A program made the position numbers and the translations under genes. Shown here one piece after another: positions 1-8,856 of a stretch of DNA of 32,000 bases (within the stretch, counting starts at the first letter, position 1; each line of letters starts with the position of its first letter). Source of the stretch: Psychrobacter cryohalolentis K5 (GTDB lineage Bacteria; Pseudomonadota; Gammaproteobacteria; Pseudomonadales; Moraxellaceae); contig NC_007969.1 of NCBI RefSeq assembly GCF_000013905.1, positions 2,250,001 to 2,282,000 on the forward strand, read 5' to 3'. The notes beneath the pieces were generated by a model. The model had not been told where the DNA came from, searched no databases, and was given only the letters and a program-made list of their open reading frames with translations.

Positions 1-1
1 T

Positions 2-865
2 GGTACACTGCATGGGCAAATCAAAGTGACCGAACAAGGCGAAGTCCTTTATGCCAAATATGCCAACACTGATACCGCTGTATTTGAGCTGACCATGGGC
101 ATCACTGGCACGCTTAAAGCTTGCTCCTCAAGATTCGTGGTGCAACCGCCTGAACTGCCACATTATGAAGCGCTCTTTGCGCGTTTAGCAGATGCAGGTG
201 AGCAGCGTTATCGCAAGCTAACGGATCATACCGAAGGGTTTTATCAGTTCTACTCTCAAGCGACGCCAGTGGCAGAAATCTCTTTATTAAATATTGGCTC
301 ACGCCCAGCACATCGTAATAAAGGCTTACCAAGCAAAACAACCTTGCGCGCAATTCCTTGGGTATTTGGCTGGTCATTAGCGCGCTTTACACTGCCCGCT
401 TGGTATGGTGTCGGCAGTGCGTTGCATAGCGTCATCGATGATGAAGCACTGATGAAAGAAATGATTGACTGCTGGCCATTTTTTAACGTGTTTATTAGCA
501 ATATTGAAATGGCGTTTACCAAGTCTGATATGAGTATTGCTCATGCTTATAGCCAATTATGTGACGATGAGAGGTTACGTGAACAGATTATGACAGCGGT
601 GACGGATGAGCACGAGCTTACCCATTCAGGTTTAAACTCTTTGCTTAACCAAGAGTCGTTATTGGAGCATCAGCAGAATCTTGCCGCTTCTCTTGAATGG
701 CGTAATGCGTATTTAGATCCAACCAACTATATCCAAATTGAGCTATTGAAGCGTGCCAGACAAAAAGACGCTACAAGCGATACCAATCATGGTGACCTCG
801 ACGTTGAAGATCCATTAATCCGTAGTATTAATGCCTTGGCAGCAGGTCTACGCAATACAGGGTAA
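2..865 (+). CDS. ppc: Phosphoenolpyruvate carboxylase, C-terminal ~287 aa (5' end lies upstream of the window)
   Basis: Frame 2 is open from nt 2 (GTLHGQIKVTEQGEV...), so the GTG at 26 is only an internal codon. The product has the VTEQGE motif and ends ...AAGLRNTG*, matching the conserved PEPC C-terminus (E. coli Ppc ends ...MRNTG). Confidence 0.9.
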   Translation, partial: GTLHGQIKVTEQGEVLYAKYANTDTAVFELTMGITGTLKACSSRFVVQPPELPHYEALFARLADAGEQRYRKLTDHTEGFYQFYSQATPVAEISLLNIGSRPAHRNKGLPSKTTLRAIPWVFGWSLARFTLPAWYGVGSALHSVIDDEALMKEMIDCWPFFNVFISNIEMAFTKSDMSIAHAYSQLCDDERLREQIMTAVTDEHELTHSGLNSLLNQESLLEHQQNLAASLEWRNAYLDPTNYIQIELLKRARQKDATSDTNHGDLDVEDPLIRSINALAAGLRNTG

Positions 866-890
866 TGGATAACACAGAAAAATATATGCA

Positions 891-934
891 AAAAAGACAG
901 TACTTTTAGTATTTCCTAAAGGTACTGTCTTTTA
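891..934. terminator. Bidirectional rho-independent terminator between convergent ppc and the GntR gene
   Basis: aaaagacagtac (892-903) pairs with gtactgtctttt (923-934). The 12-bp perfect stem is flanked by an A-run on one side and a T-run on the other. Confidence 0.6.
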
Positions 935-986
935 ATGTGTTTATCTCAAACGGTTACTTAATTATCAATATAGGTTTAATAAACGC

Positions 987-1766
987 CTAAATAATATTAA
1001 TCTCATAGCTGAACTTCTCTGCCAGCCCATAGGACTCTCTATATTCGATAGGATCACCTTCTAGATTCTTCGCAATGCGGCATACCTTAACTAAGTTTTC
1101 TTGCTTAGTATTGCCCAAATAATCGTCGCTGTGATCGGTTATAAAATACAGCGTCTCTACAGCAGACGACACAAATTGACCACACTTGGTATAGTAAAAA
1201 GGATAGAGAAGATTCTCGAAATCTTCAGGATTTAAGGTTGCAAAAGCTTGGAAGCGACTCTTAGGTAACCAAATTTTTTCACTTAACAAGACTCTGTCTT
1301 CAACCATACGCGTACGCTCTATATAAATGAGCGCTTTGTTTTTACCTATATTTAGTTTTTTATTAATGTCATCAATACCGTCTATAACTATGATTTTTTT
1401 AATTATGCCCGTCGGCGTGACATAGCGAGCATCTTTATCACGAAACTTAAAAAACCTTAATAGTGAGCTTGCAAAATCTGGACGTTTTAAGAAGGTGCCT
1501 TTGCCTTGCTGCTTTATTAACACCCCATCTTCTACCAATTTTTCGACCGCTTTACGGACGGTTCCTACAGATACTTCATACTTATCTGCAAACTCCTGCT
1601 CCGTCGGTAAGGGCGTGTTTTCATCCCACTTACTCTCTGTCAGTAACGTCTGTATATGCCATCGCACTTGCTCATAACGTGGCATCTTAAATTCTTTGAA
1701 ATTATTTAGCATTTTTTTCACCACAGTGGAAAGGTTTTTATTAACTGTTTCAATCTCGTCAAGCAC
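987..1766 (-). CDS. GntR-family transcriptional regulator, HutC/FarR-like (wHTH plus UTRA-type effector domain)
   Basis: N-terminal LPTEQEFADKYEVSVGTVRKAVEKLVEDGVLIKQQGKGTFL is a typical GntR winged helix-turn-helix, and the ~240 aa size fits the HutC subfamily. The longest ORF starts with GTG at 1766. ATG at 1685 (MPRYEQV...) fits the family N-terminus better, and no clear SD precedes either start. Confidence 0.85.
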   Translation of the reverse strand: MLDEIETVNKNLSTVVKKMLNNFKEFKMPRYEQVRWHIQTLLTESKWDENTPLPTEQEFADKYEVSVGTVRKAVEKLVEDGVLIKQQGKGTFLKRPDFASSLLRFFKFRDKDARYVTPTGIIKKIIVIDGIDDINKKLNIGKNKALIYIERTRMVEDRVLLSEKIWLPKSRFQAFATLNPEDFENLLYPFYYTKCGQFVSSAVETLYFITDHSDDYLGNTKQENLVKVCRIAKNLEGDPIEYRESYGLAEKFSYEINII

Positions 1767-2053
1767 TGCTATTGCTGTAAAACTACGTTATCCCTGATCA
1801 ACTTCTCTTAAGCTTTCAGCGCATTCGATCGGTATCACATTAATATTAAAGCATTATTATATTTTTATGATGAATCTTTCCTAATTAACGCCAACTTTTT
1901 TGCTATCATTCTATTCAAACAAATGCACTTTGAAGATTTATAAGCTCTTCTAGTCCAGAAAACCCTGTGTCAATATTAGCGTAATACTCTTTACTCTGTA
2001 AAAACTGCTATGGTTTTTTATAGAATTCATACAGTTAAGGTCAAGGAGTAGTC

Positions 2054-3343
2054 GTGACTCTTTATATTCTAGCCGCCATCGTGATATGTATCATTTTGGG
2101 CTATACCACTAAGATTAATATTGGCCTATTTGCTATTGCATTTTCATATCTAATCGGTTGTTTCGGTATGGGGATGAAGGCACATGAAATTGTTGAGCTA
2201 TGGCCTCTCAAAATTTTCTTTGTTATTTTTGCGGTGACTCTTTTCTATAACTTTCCCCTAGCTAACGGTGCTTTAGAAAAGCTATCCAATCATTTAATCT
2301 ATAAGTGCCGTCACTTTCCCGCATTCCTACCTTTAGTCATTTTCCTTGTGGCCACGATTATTGCAGGCTTAGGGGCTGGTTATTATACGGTCTTAGCAAC
2401 GATGGCACCGATGATCCTGCTATTGTCTAAACGCACTAACTTGAATCTTGTCATTGCTACTTTATCAGTGAACTATGGTGCCTTAGCGGGTGCTAACTTT
2501 ATCACCTCACAAAGCGGTGTTATTTTTAGAGAGCTGATGCGCGGCGCAGGCGTCGCAAATGATAATACTTTTACTTATGTGTTAGGGATATTCGCTGTCA
2601 CTTTTATAATGCCTATGATTGTATTGGGTGCTTATAGCTTTATCAATGCCAAAAACAGCAAAATCGCGATTCAGACGACCATACCAGAACCCTTTGATAG
2701 TAAACAAAAACAGTCTCTTATACTGATTTTTATTATGATGGCTATTGTACTTATCGTGCCCATTTTAAATCTACTCATGCCACAAGTATCAGCGATTCAG
2801 TTTTTGAACGCTCGGATTGACATTGGTTTTATCGCTATATTTTTTGCTTTAGTGAGCTTATTTTTAAAATTAGGCGATGAAAAAGCAGTGATTGCTTTAA
2901 TACCTTGGAATACCCTCATTATGATTTGTGGTGTTGGTATGTTAATCAGCCTCGGAGTAGAAATAGGTGTTATTTACGAGCTGACAGAATGGCTAAGTAC
3001 CAATGTACCCATCTGGATGATACCGATTTTAGTCTTTGTGATTAGCGCCATTATGTCGATATTTGCTAGTACGCTCGGGGTAGTCGCCCCTACCTTATTC
3101 CCTATGGTCCTTCCCCTAGCCGTTGCCTCTGGACTAAGCCCTTTATTACTATTTACCTGTATTGTTGTGGGGGCGCAAAGCTCATCACTCTCGCCTTTCT
3201 CATCAGGAGGTAGTCTGATGTTAGGCGCTTCTCAAGTCGTTATAAACAAAGACAAGCTTTTTAATGCGCTACTATTCAAGGCAGTGCCCTTAGATATTGG
3301 TATTGGAATACTCGCAATTTTACTTATCCAGCTGATATTTTAA
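2054..3343 (+). CDS. Polytopic inner-membrane permease, probably an ion-transporter-superfamily anion/carboxylate carrier (MatC/CitMHS-like)
   Basis: 429 aa and almost entirely hydrophobic, with roughly 12 predicted membrane segments. Two Ser/Gly-rich hairpin-like motifs are present (NYGALAGANFITSQSG and GAQSSSLSPFSSGGS). GTG start at 2054 sits 5 nt after AAGGAG (2043-2048). The family name is from memory only. Confidence 0.65.
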   Translation: MTLYILAAIVICIILGYTTKINIGLFAIAFSYLIGCFGMGMKAHEIVELWPLKIFFVIFAVTLFYNFPLANGALEKLSNHLIYKCRHFPAFLPLVIFLVATIIAGLGAGYYTVLATMAPMILLLSKRTNLNLVIATLSVNYGALAGANFITSQSGVIFRELMRGAGVANDNTFTYVLGIFAVTFIMPMIVLGAYSFINAKNSKIAIQTTIPEPFDSKQKQSLILIFIMMAIVLIVPILNLLMPQVSAIQFLNARIDIGFIAIFFALVSLFLKLGDEKAVIALIPWNTLIMICGVGMLISLGVEIGVIYELTEWLSTNVPIWMIPILVFVISAIMSIFASTLGVVAPTLFPMVLPLAVASGLSPLLLFTCIVVGAQSSSLSPFSSGGSLMLGASQVVINKDKLFNALLFKAVPLDIGIGILAILLIQLIF

Positions 3344-3848
3344 CTTCTCATAGGTAAAATATACCGTGATTTTTTAAAAATTTTACACCTGCTTGCTATA
3401 TTTTTGCTCCCAAAATATCTATTTTTCTCACTAAATTCATAACTGCTTAAATTGTTGTTTTAGCCTCGTAATGGTACTGATATCAACGTGGTTTTTGATA
3501 CATCTAAATAATTCTCATTATCATCCAATCATACCAACTACTTGTTTTTATTTGACTTTAATACCTTACCTTAGAGGCATTAGGGTCTTTTACTTGTCCT
3601 TCATATCCCTATCGCAGAAGATTCTATATCGCCTTCAATTTAATATATTACTATAAAATTCATATATACATACATATGTTTCTTGTTATTTTTAAAATAT
3701 TCTGTTACTTTTGGCAAGTGATAAATCTCTACTGTTACGAAGTTTAGTCATCTCGTTAATCGAGTCTTCACTTTACCTGTAATAACTTTATATTTTGGCC
3801 AAAATTCTATTGAATTTTTATTGTAAAAATACACACAAGGAGTGTCGT

Positions 3849-4889
3849 GTGAAAAAACTATCCTATCTGGCTCTTGGCCTGTCTATCCTATCTTTGACCG
3901 CTTGTAACAATGCAAACGAAACTGCCAGTACAGATGCGACTGCCGTAGATGGCGCAACTGAGCTCACTGCCCCTTCACGTCCAGAATGTATTGCGCCTGC
4001 CAAACCAGGTGGCGGTTTTGACTTGACTTGTAAGCTTGCTCAAGCTGGCTTAAGAGATACTGGTATCTTAAAAGATCCTATGCGCGTCACCTATATGCCA
4101 GGCGGCGTCGGCGCTGTTGCTTATAACAAAATCGTTGCTAATGACCGTGACAATGGCGATGCCATTATTGCCTTCTCTACCGGCTCTATTCTTAATTTAT
4201 CGCAAGGTAAATTTGGTAAATTCACTGAAAAAGACGTGAAATGGCTAGCTGGTGTTGGTACTGATTATGGTGCTATTGCAGTCAATGCAGACTCTCCTAT
4301 TAAAGATCTAGCTGGGTTAGTTGCTGAGCTCAAAAAAGATCCAAAAGCTATCAGCTTTGGTGCTGGCGGTAGTGTTGGCGGTCAAGATTGGATGCAAACC
4401 GCTATTTTAGCTAAAGCCGTTGGGGTTAAGCCTAGTGACATGACTTATGTTGCCATGGAAGGCGGCGGTGAAGCGATCACAGCGGTGATGGGCAATCATA
4501 TTACTGTTGTTAGTGCCGGTATTGCTGAGATTATGCCGCAAGCCAATGCAGGTAAATTACGTGTATTAGCAGTATTTGCAGATGAAAGATTGGGCGGCAC
4601 GATGACCGATATTCCTACTGCGAAAGAGCAAGGTTATGATGTGACGTGGCCAGTCGTTCGTGGTTACTACATGGGTCCAGACGTAAGCCCTAGTGCTTAT
4701 AACTGGTGGAAAGAGGCTTTCGATAAGATGCTTGTTGATCCGAAATTCGCTGAAATACGTGAGCAACAAGAATTGCTACCTTTCTCTATGACTGGCGATG
4801 AGCTACAAGCCTACGTTTATAAACGTACGGGCGAACTACGCGAGTTATCTGCTGAATATGGTCTTGTTGAAGCAGCACCAACCAAATAG
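3849..4889 (+). CDS. tctC: Tripartite tricarboxylate transporter (TTT) periplasmic substrate-binding protein, Bug/TctC family, lipoprotein
   Basis: GTG at 3849 is preceded by AAGGAG (3837-3842). The N-terminus VKKLSYLALGLSILSLTAC carries a lipobox. The ~346 aa size fits the family, and the gene lies directly upstream of tctB-like and tctA-like genes. The track ORF start at 3795 (TTG) adds 18 unlikely residues. Confidence 0.85.
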   Translation: MKKLSYLALGLSILSLTACNNANETASTDATAVDGATELTAPSRPECIAPAKPGGGFDLTCKLAQAGLRDTGILKDPMRVTYMPGGVGAVAYNKIVANDRDNGDAIIAFSTGSILNLSQGKFGKFTEKDVKWLAGVGTDYGAIAVNADSPIKDLAGLVAELKKDPKAISFGAGGSVGGQDWMQTAILAKAVGVKPSDMTYVAMEGGGEAITAVMGNHITVVSAGIAEIMPQANAGKLRVLAVFADERLGGTMTDIPTAKEQGYDVTWPVVRGYYMGPDVSPSAYNWWKEAFDKMLVDPKFAEIREQQELLPFSMTGDELQAYVYKRTGELRELSAEYGLVEAAPTK

Positions 4890-5008
4890 TTACGTTAAGA
4901 TTTAATAACCTTTAGCAATTGAATATCAAATGTTTTGGTATTTCTCAAAGGGCTGGCAGGATGTCTATCTGTCAGCCTTTTGCCCCCAAAATTCAAGGAA
5001 TGCTCCTT

Positions 5009-5464
5009 ATGACAATGGAACGTTTGTTTTCCGGGCTGATGGCACTGGTCAGTATATTCTTAATATACTTAGCCATTGGTTATGTTGCCCCTATTGCTTA
5101 TGACCCAATTGGTCCTCGTCCTTACCCTATTTTAATCTTTTCACTGCTTGCCTTTGGCTGCTTAGTCGTTGCTTTTCGTCCCGCCAGTTTTACTAAAGCG
5201 ATTGAATTGGGTTTAAACAAAACGATCATCCGTAATCTTATTTTATGTGCGCTTGCCTTATTGGTCTATGGTCTCATTTTTGAAGTATTGGGCTTTATTC
5301 TTGCCACTATTCTGATGTCTTTCGCCGTAGGTTTACTTTTTGCCGGTAATCCTCTAAAGAGTTTTATCTTTTCAGTGTTAATCAGTATTGGTTTATATGT
5401 CTTATTTGACCTATTTTTAGATGTCAAATTACCACTCGGATTGTTGTCAGGGATAATAGGATAG
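5009..5464 (+). CDS. tctB: TTT small membrane subunit (TctB family)
   Basis: ~151 aa with 4 hydrophobic segments, located between the tctC-like and tctA-like genes. ATG at 5009 lies 9 nt after AAGGA (4995-4999). The track start at 4919 adds a non-hydrophobic extension. Confidence 0.75.
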   Translation: MTMERLFSGLMALVSIFLIYLAIGYVAPIAYDPIGPRPYPILIFSLLAFGCLVVAFRPASFTKAIELGLNKTIIRNLILCALALLVYGLIFEVLGFILATILMSFAVGLLFAGNPLKSFIFSVLISIGLYVLFDLFLDVKLPLGLLSGIIG

Positions 5465-5469
5465 CCAAT

Positions 5470-6972
5470 ATGGATACTTTTGATTTTTTGATGCATGGCT
5501 TTGCTGTTGCATCTACCCCAAAAAACTTACTGCTTGCACTGATCGGCGCTTTTTTAGGTACGATTGTTGGCATGTTGCCGGGTCTGGGCCCGATTAATGG
5601 TGTAGCGATATTACTGCCTTTTGCTTTTGCACTTGGTTTGCCGCCTGAAAGTGCGCTCATTCTGCTTGCAGCCGTGTATCTTGGCTGTGAATATGGTGGT
5701 CGTATTTCTGCCATTCTCATTAATGTACCCGGTGATGCCGGCGCTATTATGACGACTTTGGATGGCTATCCATTGGCAAAACAAGGCAAAGCTGGTATTG
5801 CACTGTCTTTATCTGCTGTCAGCTCTTTCGTTGGTGCCACTATCGCGACAATCGGCGTGGTGCTATTTGCGCCGTTATTAGCCAAATGGGCAATCTCATT
5901 TGGACCTGCTGAATATTTTGTATTGATGGTGTTTGCTATCACATGCTTAAGTGGTCTAGTAGGTGATCAACCAGTTAAGACGGGTATTGCCGCATTAATT
6001 GGTCTTGGTCTAGCAACCGTTGGTGTCGATGCAGTTACGGGTATTTATCGCTTTACCTTTGATTCGGTCAACCTGTCTGATGGTATTCAATTTACTACCA
6101 TTGTTATTGGTTTCTTTAGTGTGAGTGAAATTCTAATCTTGCTCGAAAAAACCACGACAGGTCATAAGGTTATTGAACAAGGTAAGCGCAGTCTCTTAAA
6201 CTTCAAAGAGTTTACTTTTGCTTTTGGAGCCATGCTACGTAGTGGTCTCATGGGCTTTGTCGTTGGTATCTTACCAGGTGCAGGCGCAACGATTGCCAGT
6301 GCTATGACTTATGCCAGTGAACGTAAAATCGCTGGTGATACCGGTACTTTTGGTGACGGGGATCTTCGCGGTGTTGCCTCACCAGAAGCAGCAAATAATG
6401 CCTCAGCTTGTGGCTCATTTGTGCCAATGTTGACGCTAGGTGTGCCGGGTTCTGGTACGACAGCAGTCATGATGGGTGCATTGACGTTATATAACATCAC
6501 ACCGGGTCCGCAGTTATTTACTGAGCAGCCAGATATCGTATGGGGTCTGATTGCCTCACTATTTATCTGTAACGTGATTTTGCTAATCATGAACATCCCT
6601 TTGGTGGGTTTGTTCGCCAAACTGCTTGACGTGCCGAACTATATCTTGATACCAGCCATTGCTGCGGTCAGTTTCGTTGGCGTATATTCTATCCATAGCA
6701 CGACCTTTGACTTGGTCTTTATGGTGGCACTTGGTGTATTTGGTTACTTCTTACGTAAACTAAACTTCCCTTTATCAGCGCTTATTTTGGGCTATGTATT
6801 GGGTGAGCTCATGGAGTCTAACTTAAGACGTGCCCTGTCTATCTCTCAAGGCGAGCTTAGTATTTTATGGAGCAGCCCTATCACAGTAGTGCTATGGTTG
6901 TTGGCTATTTTGATGATATTCATGCCTGTCATACGTAGTATCTACCGTAGAAAATTTAAGCCTGCTATTTAA
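5470..6972 (+). CDS. tctA: TTT large membrane subunit (TctA family)
   Basis: 500 aa polytopic protein. The N-terminus ...LLLALIGAFLGTIVGMLPGLGPINGVAILLP and an internal GILPGAGATIAS repeat are typical of TctA. It starts 6 nt after the tctB stop. Confidence 0.9.
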   Translation: MDTFDFLMHGFAVASTPKNLLLALIGAFLGTIVGMLPGLGPINGVAILLPFAFALGLPPESALILLAAVYLGCEYGGRISAILINVPGDAGAIMTTLDGYPLAKQGKAGIALSLSAVSSFVGATIATIGVVLFAPLLAKWAISFGPAEYFVLMVFAITCLSGLVGDQPVKTGIAALIGLGLATVGVDAVTGIYRFTFDSVNLSDGIQFTTIVIGFFSVSEILILLEKTTTGHKVIEQGKRSLLNFKEFTFAFGAMLRSGLMGFVVGILPGAGATIASAMTYASERKIAGDTGTFGDGDLRGVASPEAANNASACGSFVPMLTLGVPGSGTTAVMMGALTLYNITPGPQLFTEQPDIVWGLIASLFICNVILLIMNIPLVGLFAKLLDVPNYILIPAIAAVSFVGVYSIHSTTFDLVFMVALGVFGYFLRKLNFPLSALILGYVLGELMESNLRRALSISQGELSILWSSPITVVLWLLAILMIFMPVIRSIYRRKFKPAI

Positions 6973-7005
6973 GTTTTAGTTACTCTATTCTCAAAATACT
7001 TCTCC

Positions 7006-7043
7006 GGTGGTGGTTATACTCTATGTATGACCACCATTTTTTT
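7006..7043 (+). terminator. Rho-independent terminator after tctA
   Basis: tggtggt (7008-7014) pairs with accacca (7030-7036) and is followed by T7 (7037-7043). Confidence 0.6.
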
Positions 7044-7242
7044 AGGTTGAATCACTGAAATACCCCAAAATTTTCCAAAGTAGGTTTTATACCAATATAA
7101 AAGTAAATAGCAGTAGCTCGCCAAGACTGAGTCATTCGCATTTATAGCTTATAATTATAGGAAATCCGTATGACTCCAATCGTTATTATGGTCGGATATT
7201 ATTCCAAAGTATCTGTAACTTGCCCTATCTCAGAGAGGATGA

Positions 7243-8268
7243 ATGATGCAAAATAAATCTATACCAAGCCTGCCGAGTATGAATCGGCAACCTTTAGGGT
7301 TTTTCCCAACGCCGTTGATTGAGCTGACCAGATTAAGCAAAGCACTCGATGGTCCTAAAATTTATATGAAACGCGATGACAATACGGGACTGGCATTAGG
7401 CGGTAATAAAACCAGAAAGCTTGAATTTATCATTGGGGACGCTCTTGCTCAAGGTGCGGATACAATCGTGACAGCAGGTGCCGCGCAGTCAAACCATTGT
7501 CGCCAGACCGCAGCTGCCGCAGCCAGTTTGGGACTTGAATGCCATTTAGTTTTGGGTGGACAAGAACCAGAACAGTTGCAAGGCAATCTCTTACTGGATA
7601 AGATTTTTGGCTGTCATATCCACTGGGCAGGCAGCAACCGTAAAGGGGAAGACATACCTGATATCGTAGAACAACTCAAAAAAGAAGGTAAGAAACCTTA
7701 CATTGTTCCTTATGGCGGCTCAAGCGAGCTCGGTGCTTTTGCCTTTGTTGAAGCGTTTAAAGAGCTTGAATTACAACGTCAAGAGATGGATATCTCATTC
7801 ACGCATATCGTTTTTGCCTCCAGCTCCGGCGGGACACAAGCGGGCTTGATGCTGGGCAATAAAATCTTTAACTCGCCTTATCAGGTAGTGGGCATCAATA
7901 TTGATAAAAGTGAAACCGATAAAGTGCCGTTTGATCAGTATATCATCTCCCTCACCAATAGCACGGCGGCATTGATTGGGGCAGATTACACCTTCTCAGA
8001 GGCAGATTTAGTGCTTAACTCTGATTATGTGGGAGACGGTTATGGAGTGATTGGTGCACTAGAAAATGAAGCCATTGCCATGACCGCGCAAATGGAAGGG
8101 ATATTATTAGATCCTGTTTATACAGGTCGTGCGATGGGCGGACTACTCGATATGATTCGTACCGGTAAAATCAAAAAAACGGACAGTGTGTTGTTTTGGC
8201 ATACTGGCGGCGCGCCCGCTTTATTTGCTTATGCTAGTGATTTAGCAGTATCTCAAAGCGATAGTTAA
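7243..8268 (+). CDS. dcyD: PLP-dependent D-cysteine desulfhydrase / ACC-deaminase-family enzyme (DcyD/CuyA type, not a true ACC deaminase)
   Basis: It has the PLP-lysine motif GGNKTRKLEF, and DPVYTGRAM and WHTGGAPALFAY closely match E. coli DcyD motifs. SD GAGAGGA lies at 7232-7238. Confidence 0.85.
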   Translation: MMQNKSIPSLPSMNRQPLGFFPTPLIELTRLSKALDGPKIYMKRDDNTGLALGGNKTRKLEFIIGDALAQGADTIVTAGAAQSNHCRQTAAAAASLGLECHLVLGGQEPEQLQGNLLLDKIFGCHIHWAGSNRKGEDIPDIVEQLKKEGKKPYIVPYGGSSELGAFAFVEAFKELELQRQEMDISFTHIVFASSSGGTQAGLMLGNKIFNSPYQVVGINIDKSETDKVPFDQYIISLTNSTAALIGADYTFSEADLVLNSDYVGDGYGVIGALENEAIAMTAQMEGILLDPVYTGRAMGGLLDMIRTGKIKKTDSVLFWHTGGAPALFAYASDLAVSQSDS

Positions 8269-8285
8269 TCTGTCTAGCGCTATCA

Positions 8286-8320
8286 AAAAGATCGGCTAAT
8301 TAAGGCTAGCCGATCTTTTT
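8286..8320 (+). terminator. Rho-independent terminator after the dcyD-like gene
   Basis: aaaagatcggcta (8286-8298) pairs with tagccgatctttt (8307-8319). The 13-bp stem is followed by a T-run. Confidence 0.7.
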
Positions 8321-8856
8321 AACAAGCTTTCCATCACTATAAAATCTAAACTTTTATTTCTAGATATCATTGCATTCTATTCGCTAAAGAATAGCTATCG
8401 CCAAGCATAAACCTTGTCAAAAACAACGGACATATTTCACTCATCTTCACTGCAAGCAAGATATTACCTTTCTAACGCCCCAAGCATCCAATTTCCGCTA
8501 TACATCAGCGACTTAGAGCTGGATATTAAAAAAATATCAAGCTTTATGACTGCCTTCTATGACCCAAGTTTAACCAACTAACCATCACACACTAAATGTG
8601 ATTTTTAAGCACTATTCGAGTGTACAGTTGCACACATATATGTTACAATATATATACAAATACTTGAATATATATTTAGTTTATATAATAAATGTATATA
8701 TATTGTTATTATCAGGTAATTGTACTGTGTGGATAGGTTCCAAATTATTAAAAGATCTGATTTTAGATCTTACTACGGTAAATTTTAGTATTCAGTTGAA
8801 TCCTAAATTTTATATTTTTGAAAACGCTAAAAAACCTAATCCTTTGGAAATTGACT

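Noticed and set aside
114-522. Antisense ORFs inside ppc (114..377 and 256..522). The same class includes 1463..1690, 1495..1677, 4566..4769, 5266..5496, 5424..5720, 6309..6620, 12418..12657, 12506..12748, 13452..13661, 13755..13964, 13799..14005, 14353..14589, 14924..15112, 14985..15176, 15368..15697, 17452..17658, 18219..18404, 18463..18657, 18872..19093, 19090..19341, 19175..19357, 19885..20205, 22119..22364, 24172..24363, 24588..24842, 25010..25243, 25676..25867, 26808..27275, 27581..27784, 29934..30122, 30196..30486, 30897..31097, 31420..31614 and 31672..31854
   Set aside because: All are embedded in, or antisense to, longer ORFs with clear family signatures. They have low-complexity or odd composition and no SD or motif support.
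3471-3656. 61-aa ORF in the 500-bp AT-rich spacer upstream of tctC
   Set aside because: It has no SD and implausible composition. The region is more likely promoter and regulatory DNA.
3795-3848. N-terminal extensions of track ORFs: tctC 3795-3848, tctB 4919-5008, pilin 8818-8856, trkA 15059-15073 and NERD 31219-31293
   Set aside because: Internal starts with proper SD spacing give canonical signal peptides or family-typical N-termini, and the extensions lack these. Starts were reassigned accordingly with moderate certainty.
7170-7256. 28-codon upstream ORF (MTPIVIMVGYYSKVSVTCPISERMNDAK) overlapping the dcyD start, considered as a leader peptide
   Set aside because: The best -10 (7150-7155) would place the transcription start at or after its SD. 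It has no attenuator structure and no regulatory codon run. It is unsupported.
7243-8268. Calling the PLP enzyme an ACC deaminase (AcdS)
   Set aside because: Both diagnostic positions are Thr (DPVYTG and HTGG) instead of the Glu and Leu required for ACC deaminase. It is the DcyD/CuyA type instead.
8580-8739. Imperfect inverted repeat (AACCATCACACACT at 8580-8593 versus ACTGTGTGGATAGGTT at 8724-8739) flanking the TA-rich segment, considered as a fimS-like invertible promoter switch
   Set aside because: The repeat needs two indels to align, and no site-specific recombinase gene is anywhere in the window. The evidence is insufficient.
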